NCBI GenBank assembly: GCA_000320545.1
Contig: ADNK01000785.1
Location: forward strand, 1,007-65,006
From: Bigelowiella natans CCMP2755
Lineage: Eukaryota; Protista; Cercozoa
Direction of reading: 5' to 3'
Length of the DNA: 64,000 nt
This document shows positions 1-15,000 of this stretch, piece by piece; the stretch's first letter is position 1, and each line of letters opens with the position of its first letter. Under the pieces are notes generated by a model. That model ran no database searches, was not told the DNA's origin, and saw nothing but the letters and a program-made list of their open reading frames with translations. The translations under genes were made by a program, and so were the position numbers.

Positions 1-39
1 GACCATTCAAATGAAGTAGTTGCAGCAGTACATACATAC

Positions 40-667
40 CTCACGTCTGTTCCGTCGACGTAATATCTCACAAACTGGATCACAGTCTTCTCACGATAAA
101 ACCATTTTTGAAACTCCTTGAATGTAATCTTCTCGTCTGGATCGATCTTGAGGTAGTTGAAAACGTGCTTGGAAAGCGAATTTACGGGTAGACTAAGGAA
201 TGCGTCCAGGCGCGAAAGCACACCAGCAAGCCTCGCCATCCCCCTTTATCAATATCAGTATCATTAATCGAAAAAAACTAAGATTGTGGCTTGAAGTGTA
301 AAATTTTGCTGCTTTTATTGTTGATTGACGTATTCATTATTTTGGCTGAAGGTGCTCCTACCTGACAGATGCTAATATCAAAACTGTCAGCTCGTTTTGA
401 GACAATTCCCCTTTGTCATCATAGTCAAACTGGAGAAGAACACATACACATAAGTCATACGACGTACAATATATGTATTTGGAATAATTGTGATATAAGT
501 GGAAAATGTGGGTGTGTGTCGCGCGCGCGCGATTTTTGGGTTATGGTTCATGTCTCTACGTGGCTCACCAGGCTATAAACAAATTTCAGCTTATCCGCAA
601 TTTTTGCATTGCAAAAAACTGCAGCCCCAGCTAGAAACATCCAAGTGTCCACAAACCTATTTGGTCC
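40..667 (-). CDS. EF-hand calcium-binding protein (calcineurin B/NCS-like), partial: three internal exons
   Basis: Exons 667-569, 429-362 and 243-40 have GT-AG ends and splice in frame: GPNRFVDTWMFLAGAAVFCNAKIADKLKFVYSL|FDYDDKGELSQNELTVLILASVR|GMARLAG...KIDPDEKITFKEFQKW. One canonical EF loop (DYDDKGELSQNE) and one degenerate loop. The gene continues off the left edge; upstream exons (probably up to ~2.8 kb) are unresolved. Confidence 0.75.
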
Positions 668-2899
668 CTGAGAGATAAAAGGTGCAAATTTTCAAAACAA
701 ATTTTCCATAGCTTAATAGTGTCATCGAAGCATAAAACGCGTGCTTCTAACCCGCCAGATTTCGAAGTGCTTATCTACATCGTGCAGCCAAAACCCTGCG
801 ACAGTCTCAAAATCATCCCGGTCTAATCTCTCCTTGTATCTGGATAAATGAACCCGGATTCAAGAAAGGAAAAACAGTGAATTTGGTGATCGAGTTAGAG
901 CCAATGCAGCGTTCGAGCCAATGCAGCGAACTTTACCGCATCGTTTGGCCCAGAACATAGTATGTCTCCTTTAAATCAGCCAATTTAACTGATATCGTTA
1001 TGCGACCAATTAATGGAGTCAGTGGTCAGTGCAATGAATATTCTCAATACTTAAAGGACATCAAGAATCAACACAATAAATACAGGCACGTTTTGTATGG
1101 TTCCAAGACTTAAAAACATTTGTGGTCTCACACACACGTAGAGAACAAGTCATTTGATCTGCTATTCTTCATTCTGCAGGAAAGAAAAGAGATTAGCATT
1201 GATGGAAACATTGCCGTCGGTTACCATAGCGGTAACTGACGAGCGTTCTGTCGCTCACTACTTTGACCGACGCCGTCGACAAGTGAGTCCCTGGCATAAA
1301 TCGGATAAGGTTTCAATACGAAGCAGCAGTTTGAATAAAGAATAACAAGGCCTCTGAGAAGCTCTGTCGAAGGATTGATAAGCGTAAGAAGCTTCGTAAG
1401 GGGGTAATGAGTGGAACGACCCATGCTGTCTCCTCCAAATTTCCGTTCCACGTTGTTGCTGCTGTTGTTGTTATTGTTGTTGTTGTAAACTCGAAACCGA
1501 ACAAATACATTGAAAATACTTCGACTTGCACAAATTCAGAACTCAACCAACTCATTTCCATGTGGAATACCCGGTGCGTCAAGCATAAATTGCATGTCGT
1601 AGGATATAATTCTAAGGTTACTTTTCGTGCAATTCTCTTCGTCTCCTGGATCATTTTCGACAACATCAACGGAGAGGGCACCTGATGGTGCTTGCCGCCA
1701 GAAACCTTACCTACTCATAAATTTGGAGTGGACGAAAAAGATAATAAAGATTCAGGCTTGGAAGAGGTTTAGAAGCTAGGGTTGGTGAGGAGGAGGCACA
1801 AGCCTACAAGGTTTCGTCCGTTGGAATTACTTTTTAACTGAAGGGTGGAATTACTTTTTAACTAAAGGGCTCTGTGTTGTAGGGTCGAAAACAGTCATGT
1901 CTGACAATGTTTCAGTGGATAAGCCAGATGTAACATTTCTGGATAACTTTCGAGGTAAAGAATTTTGCAGTTTATTGTTAAATTTTCACATCGGCTCTTC
2001 TTCTAGATATATTCACGTTCTTAATCACCTGGACGGTTACGACAGTAGCCTTTGCTTTCACATTGGCGGGGGTGAGCAATTGATGTCAATTGGTCTCAAT
2101 TGGTCTGATAATCTTAACTGAGGTCGATCTCAACAGACTCGTATCGCCATTGTCCAAGGCTGCAAGTGTACTCTTTCATCCCCAATATTACTTGTAATAA
2201 TTTGTAAATTTAATGTCGAATCTGGCTGAAACTCGCTCGTTTAGATACCTCTCTTAATGTGCATACTCGGCATCTGTATCAGTCTTTGGCAAGGTACGTT
2301 TTATGATTGTGCCTAGCAATTGCCTTATTCCCTAATGACTGGATGCGTCAGGGGCTTTGACGGCTTGCATGATAGCTGCACTTTACCGCTCGATCCCATA
2401 CTCGGTATCAGTAACAATAAATATTTTGAGTCTTATCTCACAATCACATTGGGATTTCAGCCTGGTGTCGATATTACAACTGGCCTTGGGATCGGACAGG
2501 TTCAATGAAACTAGGATTTCTAGTATGATATCGTGACTCTCCTCTCTTGTCAACATTTAGGCGATTGTCATATTGTACATACAACTGGGAGGGGCAGTTT
2601 TCATCCACTATTTTTCTTGTAATCCCGATGAAACTGAGGAAGATCTTCATGATGACTACGACCCATCTTTAAAAAAGGTTCTACCCAACTGCTTTTGCTC
2701 ATGCAAATTGTAATTACCCGGTAATTAATTTCAGGAAAGCATGAAATCGAAGCAGCAAGATGTGGCAGTAGATTCGTGGAACACGGGATTGCGAATGCAC
2801 AGACCAAAATATTACCACACCGATCGCATTCAACTGTTTGAAAATTATTATTTTCAGAAATAAAGAATGTTGCTATTGAAATCTGTATACGTAGATGTC

Positions 2900-3300
2900 G
2901 AGGTGCACTCGAGACTACCTAGCTACTGCTAGACTGTTGATCGAGACCGTGCAACATGCATGCTAGCTAGCCAGTACGCATAGCTAGCTAGCTAGATAGC
3001 AGCATAGCTAGGTGCTAGGTACAACAACGTCCGATCGACTAGCTAGCTAGCCGATCTAGCAACATGCTAGCATGCATGATGTACATGCATGCGTGTGACC
3101 GCCTCGATCTTATTGCACGTACTGTACATCTCTAGATCTACTAAAACATGCTACAGCGCATGCATGTGTGCACATTGTGTTGTTTGTCATCATGCATGAT
3201 CGATGCGCATGCAATAATCTAGCTGCTAGCAGTAGTAGTAGCTACTAGGATGGCCGTGCGTGGAGCACGATGTAGCTATAGCTAGCTGCTGTAGTCTACG
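2900..3300. repeat. Low-complexity tract of self-complementary tetramers (CTAG/AGCT/CATG/TGCA/GATC)
   Basis: Runs such as tagctagctagctagatagc and catgctagcatgcatgat; no ORF. Confidence 0.75.
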
Positions 3301-5583
3301 AAATTGCGAAGTATAAGTAGCACAATGAACTAGTGAACACAGCCCTCACATGATGCTGTTGTGTTGGTACCGTGCGCAGGCGTCTCACACATTCTAGACT
3401 AACAGACACTCTTGCACTGCACATCAACCATGCGCCAATCGCGGTGCCCATCATCAGAATCATCACACATTGAGCATTCAACATTTTCGACAACTCATTA
3501 CAATCCATTACAAAATTTGGCATTTCTACATCTTGACATGAATGTTCACACGGGGTGCAATGTTTACTCACCTGCTCATGAATCATCAACAATCATTTTG
3601 CATCACCGGACAAACATGCATGGACAGATGAAACAATGAGACCAATGGTAGTTCTTCGAAGGGTATCATGGCTACGGGTCCCCCTTGAAGTCCGTTTGGA
3701 AACAGATACTTCAAGTATTACTCCATTTGGAGGGTATCATCAGGGGCCACCTGACTCATTGTTGCCCGCTTTTGACTTAAGAAAGCCCTATGGTGAATGA
3801 CGAATACAAAGTTTGCAGCTCAGTCGACGCGAGGAGACAGGTTTTACCTTTCCGTCTTTCCTCATATGGCATTATTCACAACCATCTGTTGGAATGAGAA
3901 TACAGGATTTATGTAGGATGTTTGCATGCAACATTAGAAGTTATTGAGTAACTTTTGAGAAGGAATTTATAAGGATGTTCAATTGAACGAGGAGGATATT
4001 CAGAGGAGGATATTCATATGTAGGATTCTTATTGAAGTGCAAGCAAGTAACAGTTATCTTGAAAGTCACTTTGTTTCAAATATTGAATAACTGCAGCTAT
4101 CAAGCTTTTCCTTAACCGAGCACGCCTAAAATAAAGGAACGAGGCGAATCGATGCTTAACATGTTTTTACTTTACGTCTCTGTTGCTGGTCTTTATTTCT
4201 AAGGATTTTAGATCCAGCGTTGCCAATAGGATATTGCCTGGCACTTTGATAAAGGAAGGTAGTGCAACTAGGCGGCAACCAGAGCGAGATGACGAGATAA
4301 TATTCGAAGTGTGTAGATGATATAGAGAGGTGTTCGTTTTTGCAAGTAACAAAAACAAACCAGTGTCTTCAGCATAGAAGCGACTTCTCCTCCAGAGCGG
4401 ATTGATTTTCTGAAGTAATTTTTGAGCAGGCGACCGGGGAGGGTGGCGAGCCCTTCCCTGCCTTTTGGATTGTGTCGAGAATACGGGGAAGAAACTTAAG
4501 GCATAAACGAAACTATCATTACAAAAACATATTCATCTCTAATGAAATTTTTATTTATATATCGGTACCGCCTAAAATGAACAAAAAGTCTAGTTTTTGT
4601 GTATAATTGATATATTTTACTCTGTTTTTTTTTAAATATTTATATTCTACCCTTCATAAATATCTGAAATATAATATGTCAACAAAATTTTTCTGCACAA
4701 TTTGTCCTATATTTGTACTAATAATGCTCCTCGGAAGCAAATTTCGCTCCTTTTGGGGATTATTTTCCAAAAATGCAAGGACTGAAATAGTTCAAGGGTT
4801 TCACAAAGCCACAATAATCTAGTTTTCTCTTTTCGAACCAAAACTTGCTTTATTCCCCTTCATTTCTCCGAAATCTAGATGATGCACATGGACAGCGCAG
4901 TTGTGGTGTGCCGCAAGACAAAATCGATGACTCTTTTCATCTCTCTTTCTTCTCAGCCAGACTTCAAAAAATAAATTATTTGCAATGCATTTGTTGTGTG
5001 ATTGAGCTAAATATGTAATAAAATTCTAAAATTGGCTATTTTTTCAAGGGATACCCTCTCTTCTAGTTCTCTCATGCAAAGGATGCAACGTTCGAGGAAG
5101 ACACATCAGTAACGATCTACCCGCCTACGACTACCCCCAAAATAGCTTTAGAATCGAAAGTACCCCAAAAATGAAGGGTATTTATTTTTAAAGACAAACA
5201 GTCATTTTGGCTGGCCAAAGGATTACATATCCAGAGAGACTCTAGAGAACAGAGAAATAAGCATAGGTTTTAGGAGGTTTCTTGGAGGATATTAATATAC
5301 GACAATAATTTATTCATGTCGTAATTAAAAATATATATTTGCGGGAAGATTATTTGTCTCTATGTACAAATATCCTTTATTTTGTCGACGCGCTCACGGA
5401 AATAGAGCAGCGCGGCTCGGCGAAAACAGGTGCGTGGGCCAGCGCAGAAAGTTAGGAACATCGACAATGACATTTTGACGATAAAAGAGAAAGAACAGAT
5501 GTCGTAGATGTATAAAGTTCATTGTTTTTGTTGTCGTTGTGTACCATTTTCTGGTGCAGTTAAGTCTCATCTAAGAGTCAAAA

Positions 5584-6752
5584 ATGGCAGACCAGCCCCC
5601 CCCTTCTGGGGATTCGAAGAGCGGCCTTCCAGTTCAATATGACCTGACCCAGACCATCAGCTCTTACCTCGATCGGCACATGGTTCTCCTCCTCGTGGAG
5701 TATCTCGAGATGAAAGAAATGTACATTGGGTTGGGCTAGTCGGAATAGATTGGGGTTCTTCAATAGGGAATTGCAAATGCTTTCGCTAACATGTTATTGG
5801 TGCCTTTTCCTTAGTTCAAAATAAATACTGAGTGATAATTTGTCACAATATCACCAATATCGATAATTCTTTTTCGCTTATCGAATTAGTGCCCTGATTC
5901 TTTTGTAATCGCGCCGTTGTCTTAAAAATGAATTCTTACATTGAACTGCTCTCTCTCTCTCTCTCCCCAGGTACCCGGCAGACGATCTGCTTAAAACCAA
6001 ATTGGATGTTGTTAGTAGGACGAAGATGGAATTCACCAAAATTCAAATGTAGTGTCCCACTTACATGATTGCATAATTCGACAAGACTAAGTAATGCCAT
6101 TATTCCAGTCAGAAACAAGTGCTGGAAACGGAAAATCCACCCGACAAGGAAGAAAAGTAATGAAAAACACTTATATATTAGATCGATGCATTGTGATGAT
6201 GTTGGGGTTGTCGCTATCTTAGGATTAAGCTGGCTGACGAGCAATACAATGAGGCAAAGACATGTATCGAAAAGGAATATAAGATCGACTCGGTAAGGAT
6301 ATATATGCATGTACACATGTGTGAATGTGTGTGTGTGTATGTGTGTATGTTCTCATGCACATGTATGTTTGCAACTCGGGTATTACTGCTCATCCGGCAA
6401 GATATTAGATTGGGGTGCGATGATGAGCTTTTCAGAATAATCCCTGAGAATGGAAATATTATGCACGGCGCGACCGATTAATTGATTCCGATGCACTCCT
6501 CTATCATCTCTACCTAAGGCAACCGAGTTCATTGAGAACGTTGTTAATGCGGGACTCACCGATCCCAACGTGACGTCTGAGGAAATCTTCGATTTTAAAA
6601 AGAAGAACATGATTGACAACGACAATCTAATGTGGCTCTTCAAATTTGCGAAGCTGGCATTTGAAATCGGTAGGAGTAGTAGGAGGAGTAGTGTGAACTG
6701 TCTTAGTAGTAGGAGGAGTAGGAGTAGGAGTAGTAGATGTTATGCAGCAGGA

Positions 6753-6827
<75 letters not shown>

Positions 6828-6941
6828 TAACTGTTTGGATTGAACACATCATATGTTGAGTAAAGTGTTGAGTAATATTGAGTAACTGTTTGGATTGAAC
6901 ACATCATATGTTGAGTAAAGTGTTGAGTAATATTCAGTAAT

Positions 6942-6984
<43 letters not shown>

Positions 6985-9466
6985 TATATACACATATATG
7001 TGTATACACATGTATGTGTGTATGTATTTATCTGTGATTCGTATATTTTGTGTGTGTGTGTGTGTGTGTACACTTTTCCCTGTATAGTCCCATTGATTAG
7101 TTTATTAAATCGTCACTGTGAAATTTTATTATTTTCCTAGGGCAATACAAAAGCAGCTGGAACTCACTTTCGGCATATAGAATTTTATCAACCGACGATG
7201 ACACGTCGTTCTTGGCGCTATGGGGCAAAGTACGCAATAATCCTCTCTCTCTCTCTCTCTCTCTCCCTCCCTCCCTCCTCTTTTCTCTCTCCTCCCTACT
7301 ACTATGCCCCTCTTCTCACGTTCAATTATGGTCATAAAGGCCACTTACCCCGAGCTAATGTTACGTCACATCACGTGCTTTTGTTAGATCGCAGCTGGGA
7401 TCAACACTCATGAGGTCAGCCCCGAGGACGTTATAGCCGACGTGAAAGAACTGGGAGGAATAATCGATCGACGATTCCAAGTGCCGATGCTCCAGCAACT
7501 GATGCAAAGGGCATGGCTTGTGAACTGGGCCTTGTTCGTGTACATGTCTAAGGTTGAGTACGCTCAGGAGTTCGTGGAGTTTGTTCTCCAGGACAAGATT
7601 CTCAACGCGGTGCAGACCCGGTATGGATGTGTGTTCCACCTGCTGCAATATGTTGTTTGTGTCACCGTGGTGGGTGGGTGGGTGGGTGGGTGGGTGGATG
7701 AGCATCTCGGTGGCCATTGGGAGGTTGGGCAGAAGATAGTTGACCTCCTGAAGAATACAATTGAATATAACCGTCTCGTCGCGTTGTTATCATTTTCTGG
7801 TATCGTCGTTCATCTCGCTGATAAATAGTCTGATCTGCTGCTCAGGTGCCCATATATACTGCGGTACGTGGTCGCTGCGGTATTTGTAGCCTACGATAAG
7901 AACCGCAAAGACTTGGAATCAACTCTCACAAGAGTCCTCCAAGTGAGTAGTAATAGTAGTAGTGAACGCCAGCATTATTGAAATGAGCTGCTTCCTTTAC
8001 TTACATTATTACTAAGTCACCATCGATACACTACAAATTTCTGTCGTCATCGTCGTCCTCTCAAGGCACGATGACCATCCACGTGTCGCTGGGATTGTAA
8101 TATAAAACCATGTGTGTTGCGGTTTATTGATGCTTCCTCTCCACTTTCCTTGGTTGCTGTTTTTGTTCTTGCTGCCGTCTCTTAATCGATCAGATGGAGA
8201 AGGACCGATATCGCGATCCGCTCACCGAGTTCCTTCGCAATCTGTTCGTCAATTATGACTTCGAGGCCGCACATCAGCAACTCGTAGAGTGTGAGAAGGT
8301 AGTAGTAGTAGTAGTAGTATAGCACGAAGCAATTCTCGCAAGTAGTTGGCTGTAGGGGTGACAGAGAAACTGATTGAGCTGGAAAGAGTGATGATAACGG
8401 AGCCGATGATAATGATAATAATAAGCATGATGATGATGATGATGATGATGATTTGTGACAGTTGAGTGTTGCTTCCATCCATTTTGAGGAAAGAAATAAC
8501 TGAAATTTAATGAATGCTGCTAGGTGTTCGACGTGGACTTCTTTTTAAATATACACACTGAGGAAGTGGAAGAGGTACGGGGAGCATCGTCAGAAAACAC
8601 CTCACTCAATCGCAGCTGATAGTGGCGTTTTCGTGAAATATGATGAAATCTGATTTTGATGGACCATTCATCCCACACACCCCCAAATTACAGGATGGCA
8701 AAAAGATAGTGAAGAACATCTACCGTGAGCAGTTCTTTAGAAACGCCCGCAAAGTGATGTTCGAGTTGTATTGCAGGTAGTAGTAGTATTAGCCTGCAAG
8801 CCCAACGATCATAGCTAAACTATTGTTGTGATGTTTGCTGTGTGCATGTGTGAGAATGAGAAGGGGGGGGGGGGGGGGAATAAGCGTATCATTCGGAGTA
8901 ATTCAGTGTATCTTCATCAGCATCGTTTAAATTACATATTATACCCTTCCCCAGAATTCACAAAAGGATCGATATCAGCCTCCTAGCTAAGAGACTCCAT
9001 CTAGACGAAAAGGACACGGACAAAGCTCTTGTTAAACTTGTACGCGATGCGCCATTCGAGGGAAAAATAAACTCGGAGAAGAACCACCTCGTCATCGCTA
9101 CAAAATATCCTTCTATCTATCAGAAAGTTATCGACAAGGTACGCACTACTACTATTACAAAAGCTACTTTTAAGAAAGAAGAGAACAACACGAAGATTCG
9201 ATACTCACCAAAGAGGAATATTTGCTCCCTTAAAAAACGGCCCAGAATTTACAAGTTTTATCTTTTCGAAATCAAATATACTTTGTTCCTCAAATGTTAG
9301 CTACATATATCTCGACTATCACGAAGATATCATCGCAGGAAAGGCTCAACTGACAGAAAATTTGTGTGTAACACTATTCCCTCAGACAAAGCAGTTGTAT
9401 CACCGCACACACGGCATTCTAGATGCCATCAAGAGGAAGAGACAACAGAAAGAACCGATGGACTAA
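5584..9466 (+). CDS. EIF3E: Eukaryotic translation initiation factor 3 subunit E (Int6, PCI domain), multi-exon
   Basis: ATG at 5584; N-terminal YDLTQTISSYLDRHMV; internal LWGK, QRAWLVNWALFV, LNAVQTRCPYILRY, YRDPLTEFLRNLFVNYDFEAA; C-terminal CRIHKRIDISLLAKRL...SIYQKVIDK|TKQL...PMD* (TAA 9464-9466). All match eIF3e motifs. Confidence 0.93.
6828..6940. repeat. 55-bp tandem duplication in an eIF3e intron
   Basis: aactgtttggattgaacacatcatatgttgagtaaagtgttgagtaatatt at 6829 and 6884, flanked by (TA)n. Confidence 0.85.
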
Positions 9467-9649
9467 TGGAAGCAGATAGTGGACGGTTTTCTGAAACGGT
9501 AGAGGACCTAATGCCTAGCTTTGTCCTCTTGCTTTGCGTCTTATATGCTCATAGCTATGTGCTCAGTATGCGACAGTACATCGGAACGTAGCCTAATAAA
9601 ATTTTAACAACTCCGATACACATCATTGCAGTGAACAGTCATAGTCTAG

Positions 9650-10000
9650 AAGTCGGTGCATTGTATTAATAAAAGTGTACGTAGCTAAATGCAGGGTGCA
9701 CAGCAGATAGACTAGTGAAGTCTGGTCGCGTCAGATCGGTGGCCGATGACGACTGATAATGTCATCTGTGCCGTACATGTGTGTAGCCACGCTAGCACGC
9801 CTAGACGCTCTCGCACAGATGACAGCTATCTAAACAATGCTAGAATGTGCTATGCTATGCTAGCTAAGCCTAGCATCATCTACTAGCTAGTCTAAAATCA
9901 TGCATGTGTGCTGTGTGTCTACACACATACTAGCTAGCATATGTGTAAGTGTGTAGACTACAATGCATCTAGATATGACCGCACACTCATGCATACTTTT
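9650..10000. repeat. CTAG/CATG-rich tract between convergent genes
   Basis: tatgctatgctagctaagcctagcatcatctactagctagtc and similar, between the eIF3e stop (+) and the stop at 10224 (-). Confidence 0.65.
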
Positions 10001-10223
10001 ACTTGTCCTTTCAATTATTTATTATAAATAAAATCAAACCGTACAAACGTCGCATTACTTACTTTCTTTGTTGACTGCTAGCGCTACATGATGATGCTAT
10101 ATTTTCATGCTGTATGCGATGTATGCTGCATTCGGGCCACCGTGCCTTCAGTTGCTGTCACTTGTTCTGCCCAGCGTATCTTAATGTCTTGAATACTGTT
10201 ACTCCCACAATGTCTGATATTGA

Positions 10224-12041
10224 TCAATCCACTGGAGTAACGTCCTTTATGACATTTGATTTGCTCGTGTAGCTGTAGGTGGGAATTGAAAGAAACGAAG
10301 CATTGGAGGAGGCTGTCTTATTATGCGAATGGTGCTTTTTTGGTGGTGAAACCGATCGTGACGACCGAATATCAGAGCTTCTTGACCGTCCCCTACCACG
10401 CCTGAGCGGCATTTCAGGTTGTTTGCTCTCCTCCTGTACCGGCAAAAGTGCTGAAGATGATGATAACTGCGAGGTTCCACGTCGGTCTGGAGACGCGGAA
10501 CGCGCTCTTATACTGCGGCGTTCCTTGGATCCTTTGCGCCGAGGCGGTGTCATAATTCTCCCTCCCCCCCCCCCTCGCTGTGCTGTACGGCGGAACGTGA
10601 AAATGCTTGGTGGTTGACCGGGGAGGGGAGGGACCGAATCTTTTGACTCATCAGATGAACTTGTGTGACGGCGCGGAGTGTTAACATGGAAATCAGTATC
10701 GTTTTTGGCTGCCGGAGATACGAGTCCAACTAACGACGAAAAGGCCAGAAAGCGCATCAATTTGAGGAAGAATGAAGAAGGAAAAGGGGGAAATATATGG
10801 ATTTTTGCCTGTACCGTGCTCATAGCTAGAAGCTTCACTGCTCTGCATGAGTAAGCGAATGTTTGATCCCTTGGTTGATGAGTCATTCGATACATTCTGG
10901 AACTTCATCTCTAGTCCATCCTGGAAGAAGAAGAAGAATAAGAAGACGACGAAGATATCTTTTGCTGATGATTCGCATGGTGTGGCACTACTACGCACAC
11001 AGTTTGTACTGAAACCTGTTTGTAAAATAACTCTGTTACCTTCTTGTCAACAAACTCGACCGAAGATCCGCGACGCTGCTTACTAGCAAGCTCCATCTTC
11101 TCCATCTCATCACCTGAATTAGGAATGATGATAACAAGAAGCATAGCCTTTAGTATCAGTGACATAAAGAAACACCCATCGGCGTATCTCTTCTCGCCAC
11201 ACATCCATGATGTGATGATACTTACTCTTCCTATCCTCCTTGTACCGTCTCACTGCCCTTGGAGTTGCTGTTGGAAGAAGACAAAAGGCTCTTACGACGT
11301 CATCATCTTAAGTGATGATGCTGCTGATGCTGCAAAATTACCACTACTTCTACTTACTTGTGCCATCGATCGACTTCGTGTCGTCGTCCATGGGAATGAG
11401 CGGGTTCTGTGAGTTCTGATGGCTGTGCATTACGGAACGTATACGTGCGGAGACAGGGTCATTGGAGTTCATATGAGAGGGCTGGAAGGAGTTTGCTGGT
11501 GTATTCAGCCGGATTACAACTGGCACCTGCACAGTAGTGGTGGTTAAACAGAATTGCAGGTGGCAGTCAATTAAACGCCTTTTGTTCGATAACTTCACAA
11601 GTTGACGAAGAGCTGCTGTTTTGTCGCGCTATCTCACTCCAAGACACACGCAGGTTGGGTGGTGGGATGATAAGAAGGTTGAGATGCCGAATAATAGATC
11701 TAAAAACGCTGGGCGCCGCCACCACCTTGCAGTATCGAGCAGCACGGATGATGCCGTTCGTCATCATGTACCATTCCGTGATTGATATCAGTATAAAGAT
11801 GCCTTTATTATTATTATTATTATTATTTATCATCACAAAAACAGCAACGGACAAGATGGTAAAGTAAAATAACGAAGGATATCATTGCAAGGAAATAATA
11901 CGACCAAAACGCTACCTATCGACAGGATCACGCCTGCCAGTAACAGCACAAACGGGCTCACGACGATGTTTCGGAACGCCTCCACAAACGGCCTAATACA
12001 GCATAGAAGATGAATTATGTATTATCGTCGTGAACACACGG

Positions 12042-12077
<36 letters not shown>

Positions 12078-15000
12078 GGAGGAGGGGTAAGATGTCACCT
12101 GTGAGCTTCTGCTAAATCATCAGACCACATTTGACGATCCCACACTCGAATTAGGCGTCCTAGGGAGGGCTCGATTGCACCACAAGGCCCCGTGTATAAG
12201 TTCGGGTCGAAGTCAAGTGCTTGGAACTGAACCTGATGACGATGATGATGGTGATGATGATGATGGTGACGATGATCGTGTTATAATAATGACGCCACCG
12301 ACGACGATGTAAACAGGAAGGGGGTTCCGACAAGTCAGCTCGTTTATTTCATATGTGTTCACCAGGTTGATTGAGGAGGGAAAGGGAAAATGAGAGGGGG
12401 AGGGGGAGGGGGGGGGGGGGCAAATAGAACCATTGGGCAATCGAAGAGCGCCTCCGGTCCCCTCCCAGCAACATCCACATCGAAAGTCCGAAAATTCCCA
12501 TCCGAAAATTCCCATCACCGAAGTCTAACACCTGGTAGTAGTAGTAGTTATAGTAGTAGTAGTAGTAGTTAATTAGTTGTCGGCCTGTCTCTTAAGAACC
12601 ACCGAGTGTTAAATGCGTGCATGCACAGGTGTCACGAAATCGCCAGAGAGAGTTGTTCTCCACCTGTACTGTAGCATATAAGGCTGGAATATCCGTGAAT
12701 TGAGTCGTACTTCGCTGCGAACGACCCCCAGTATCACCAACATCAGCAGCTTCCTCATCAGTTACTGTTACCGATGGGCCGAACACTGTTTCAGCTGGAT
12801 TTAATGGCAGACCGGAGGTGTTGGTGAGGCCTATGCGGTACGTGAGCGTGTTGGCTCCATTCGGATCTTGCCCAGTGTAGTTCCATGATACAGTCACAAG
12901 GTCGATTAAGTACCTGTTTAATGTGGTGGTAGTAGTAGTAGTAGTAGTTGTAGTAGTAGAAGAAGATGTTGTTAGTTTTGGGGGAGGAGGAGGAGGAGGG
13001 AGAAGGGCCATGTTGGATTTTATCGAAAGGTTTGCCAACGTTAATAGCAGTGGAAAAGGGGGGAGATAAGACGCACGGTTTGGTCTGCTATTCCGCTCGT
13101 TTGCTAGAAATGCAGCGTCGTTGCGCACTTATTATACACATACACACATTCGGACACTACTCTCTCATCATCTCCTATCCCCACTTCCAATCATGATACA
13201 AACACCACCACCACCACCACCACACCATCCTCTCTATTCTGCTTACTACTTGTCGATTCCGAACGTGTTCCTCTCGATCTCAACTTGGAGTTCCGTGTTC
13301 GGGGGGGCTCCAAAAGCGCTGAGTTCGGTGCTGTTGTCGGTCGTCTCAAGCTCATGCAGGCCTAAGGCGTACAGCCTTGCCGCATCACAGTACCGTCGGT
13401 TCCACTCGTCAACACGAGCACGCTCAGCAATGTTGAAATCGGTTTGTTCGAGCACCAATCGGGCCCCTGCGCTCTCAAGCGCAAAGGATGATGCCTGTGC
13501 ACCGAAGCTATTCTGGCTAGCTGCAATGGCGCTGATTTCGTCATTCCTCACCGTCCTCGTGACCTCTTGTTGGAGCGTCATCGAGCCGAAGACCCCAAAG
13601 GCTGCCAGCGTATCGGTATTGACAATCTGGGAGAGAATTATGTACAGGATCACCAGCACCACGATCGCAGACACCAACACGCACACGCGGAAGATCTTGT
13701 AGATCATGTTCCAGATGAGCACGTCGAGCTTTTTGAGGCCTTCGTAGCAGTTCTTCAGGCACCCACAACAGAAAAGCTTGCCAATGCAGCAGGTGTAGCA
13801 GTACTCATATAGGGAGTTTGGCTTTCCGAGTCTTCGGGAGGAGACTTCAACAGGGATCCCCACCACATATTCTGCCGTTGAAATTGCTATTAGCGTCCAC
13901 CGAATCATCAGCCACGTTATGTCAAAGATGATGACCTGAGATGTGACGACGATGATCACAGTAAGAACAAAGCAGAGAAGAAAGAGACAACTAAAATCAA
14001 AACACTTGAAATCGCAGCTGAGATCATCATCGTCGTCGTCATTATTATCATCATCATCATCATCATCCACGCATGAGGTAGTGTCTGGGCCTCTTCCTCT
14101 TTTGCTAATAATGTGCGATTCTGCGTGCTGCTGCCGTTGTTGTTACCAAAGCAATCAAGTACTCCAGGGCGCTTAAATCGGGGAACTCGTACTGCGGAAA
14201 CTCTACATAGTCCGCCACGTTTGGGATGGTGGGTGCGGTAAGGTTTATGGCCAGAACCGTCGCATTGAGCTCGTTAAAGATATCCGTTGTGCGGTTGGAA
14301 GGATCGATCTCATTCTCAGCCTGAGTGAAGTTGCTCACGAAGGCCTGCGCTGTTTGCAGTATTGGCTGGTTAAATCGGTCCGCGATGCCCGGCATCTGAT
14401 GTGTTTTGAAGAAGCAGAATCATCAATTTGTCATCATGATGATAAACCACGTCGTCGTAGTCATCATTTCCATCGCATTTCGATTGTCTGGTGAGGAGGA
14501 GTAGCATCATCACCAACAATAAAGCATATACCGTCATCATTATCATCATCATCACCATCACCATCACCATAACCATACACCCATCATACGATCATTTAGT
14601 CAATAAGCTGCAGCAGCAGCAGCAGCAGACAAAATTGAACCCACTCCGAGGCGAAGTTCCCTTGTTGTAACAACTTGCCCATTCTGCTCAACAATGGTCA
14701 CCGACACGAATCGGTTGTAGGAGTCGGGAGTGATGGATACGTTCGCATCGAGCGGAGAACGATCCAACACGATGTCCACGACATTGTCACTCGCATTCAT
14801 CGCCTGATTGATGATGCACCCAAGTTGTAGAAGAGGAGGAGGAGGATTCATGAGCGAGTGAAGAATAAAGGAAGATAAAGTGGCTCAGGATCACGTCTAT
14901 TCACTCCTACTATTACTACTACTTCAACTACTTCTACTCTCATTGCGTTATATACATGTATATTATAAACTAGTCTGCTTCTACTGCTCACATTAAGTAG

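Noticed and set aside
3660-4460. Possible minus-strand exons (e.g. VALPSFIKVPGNILLATLDLK)
   Set aside because: Could not be joined into a stop-free model or assigned to a family.
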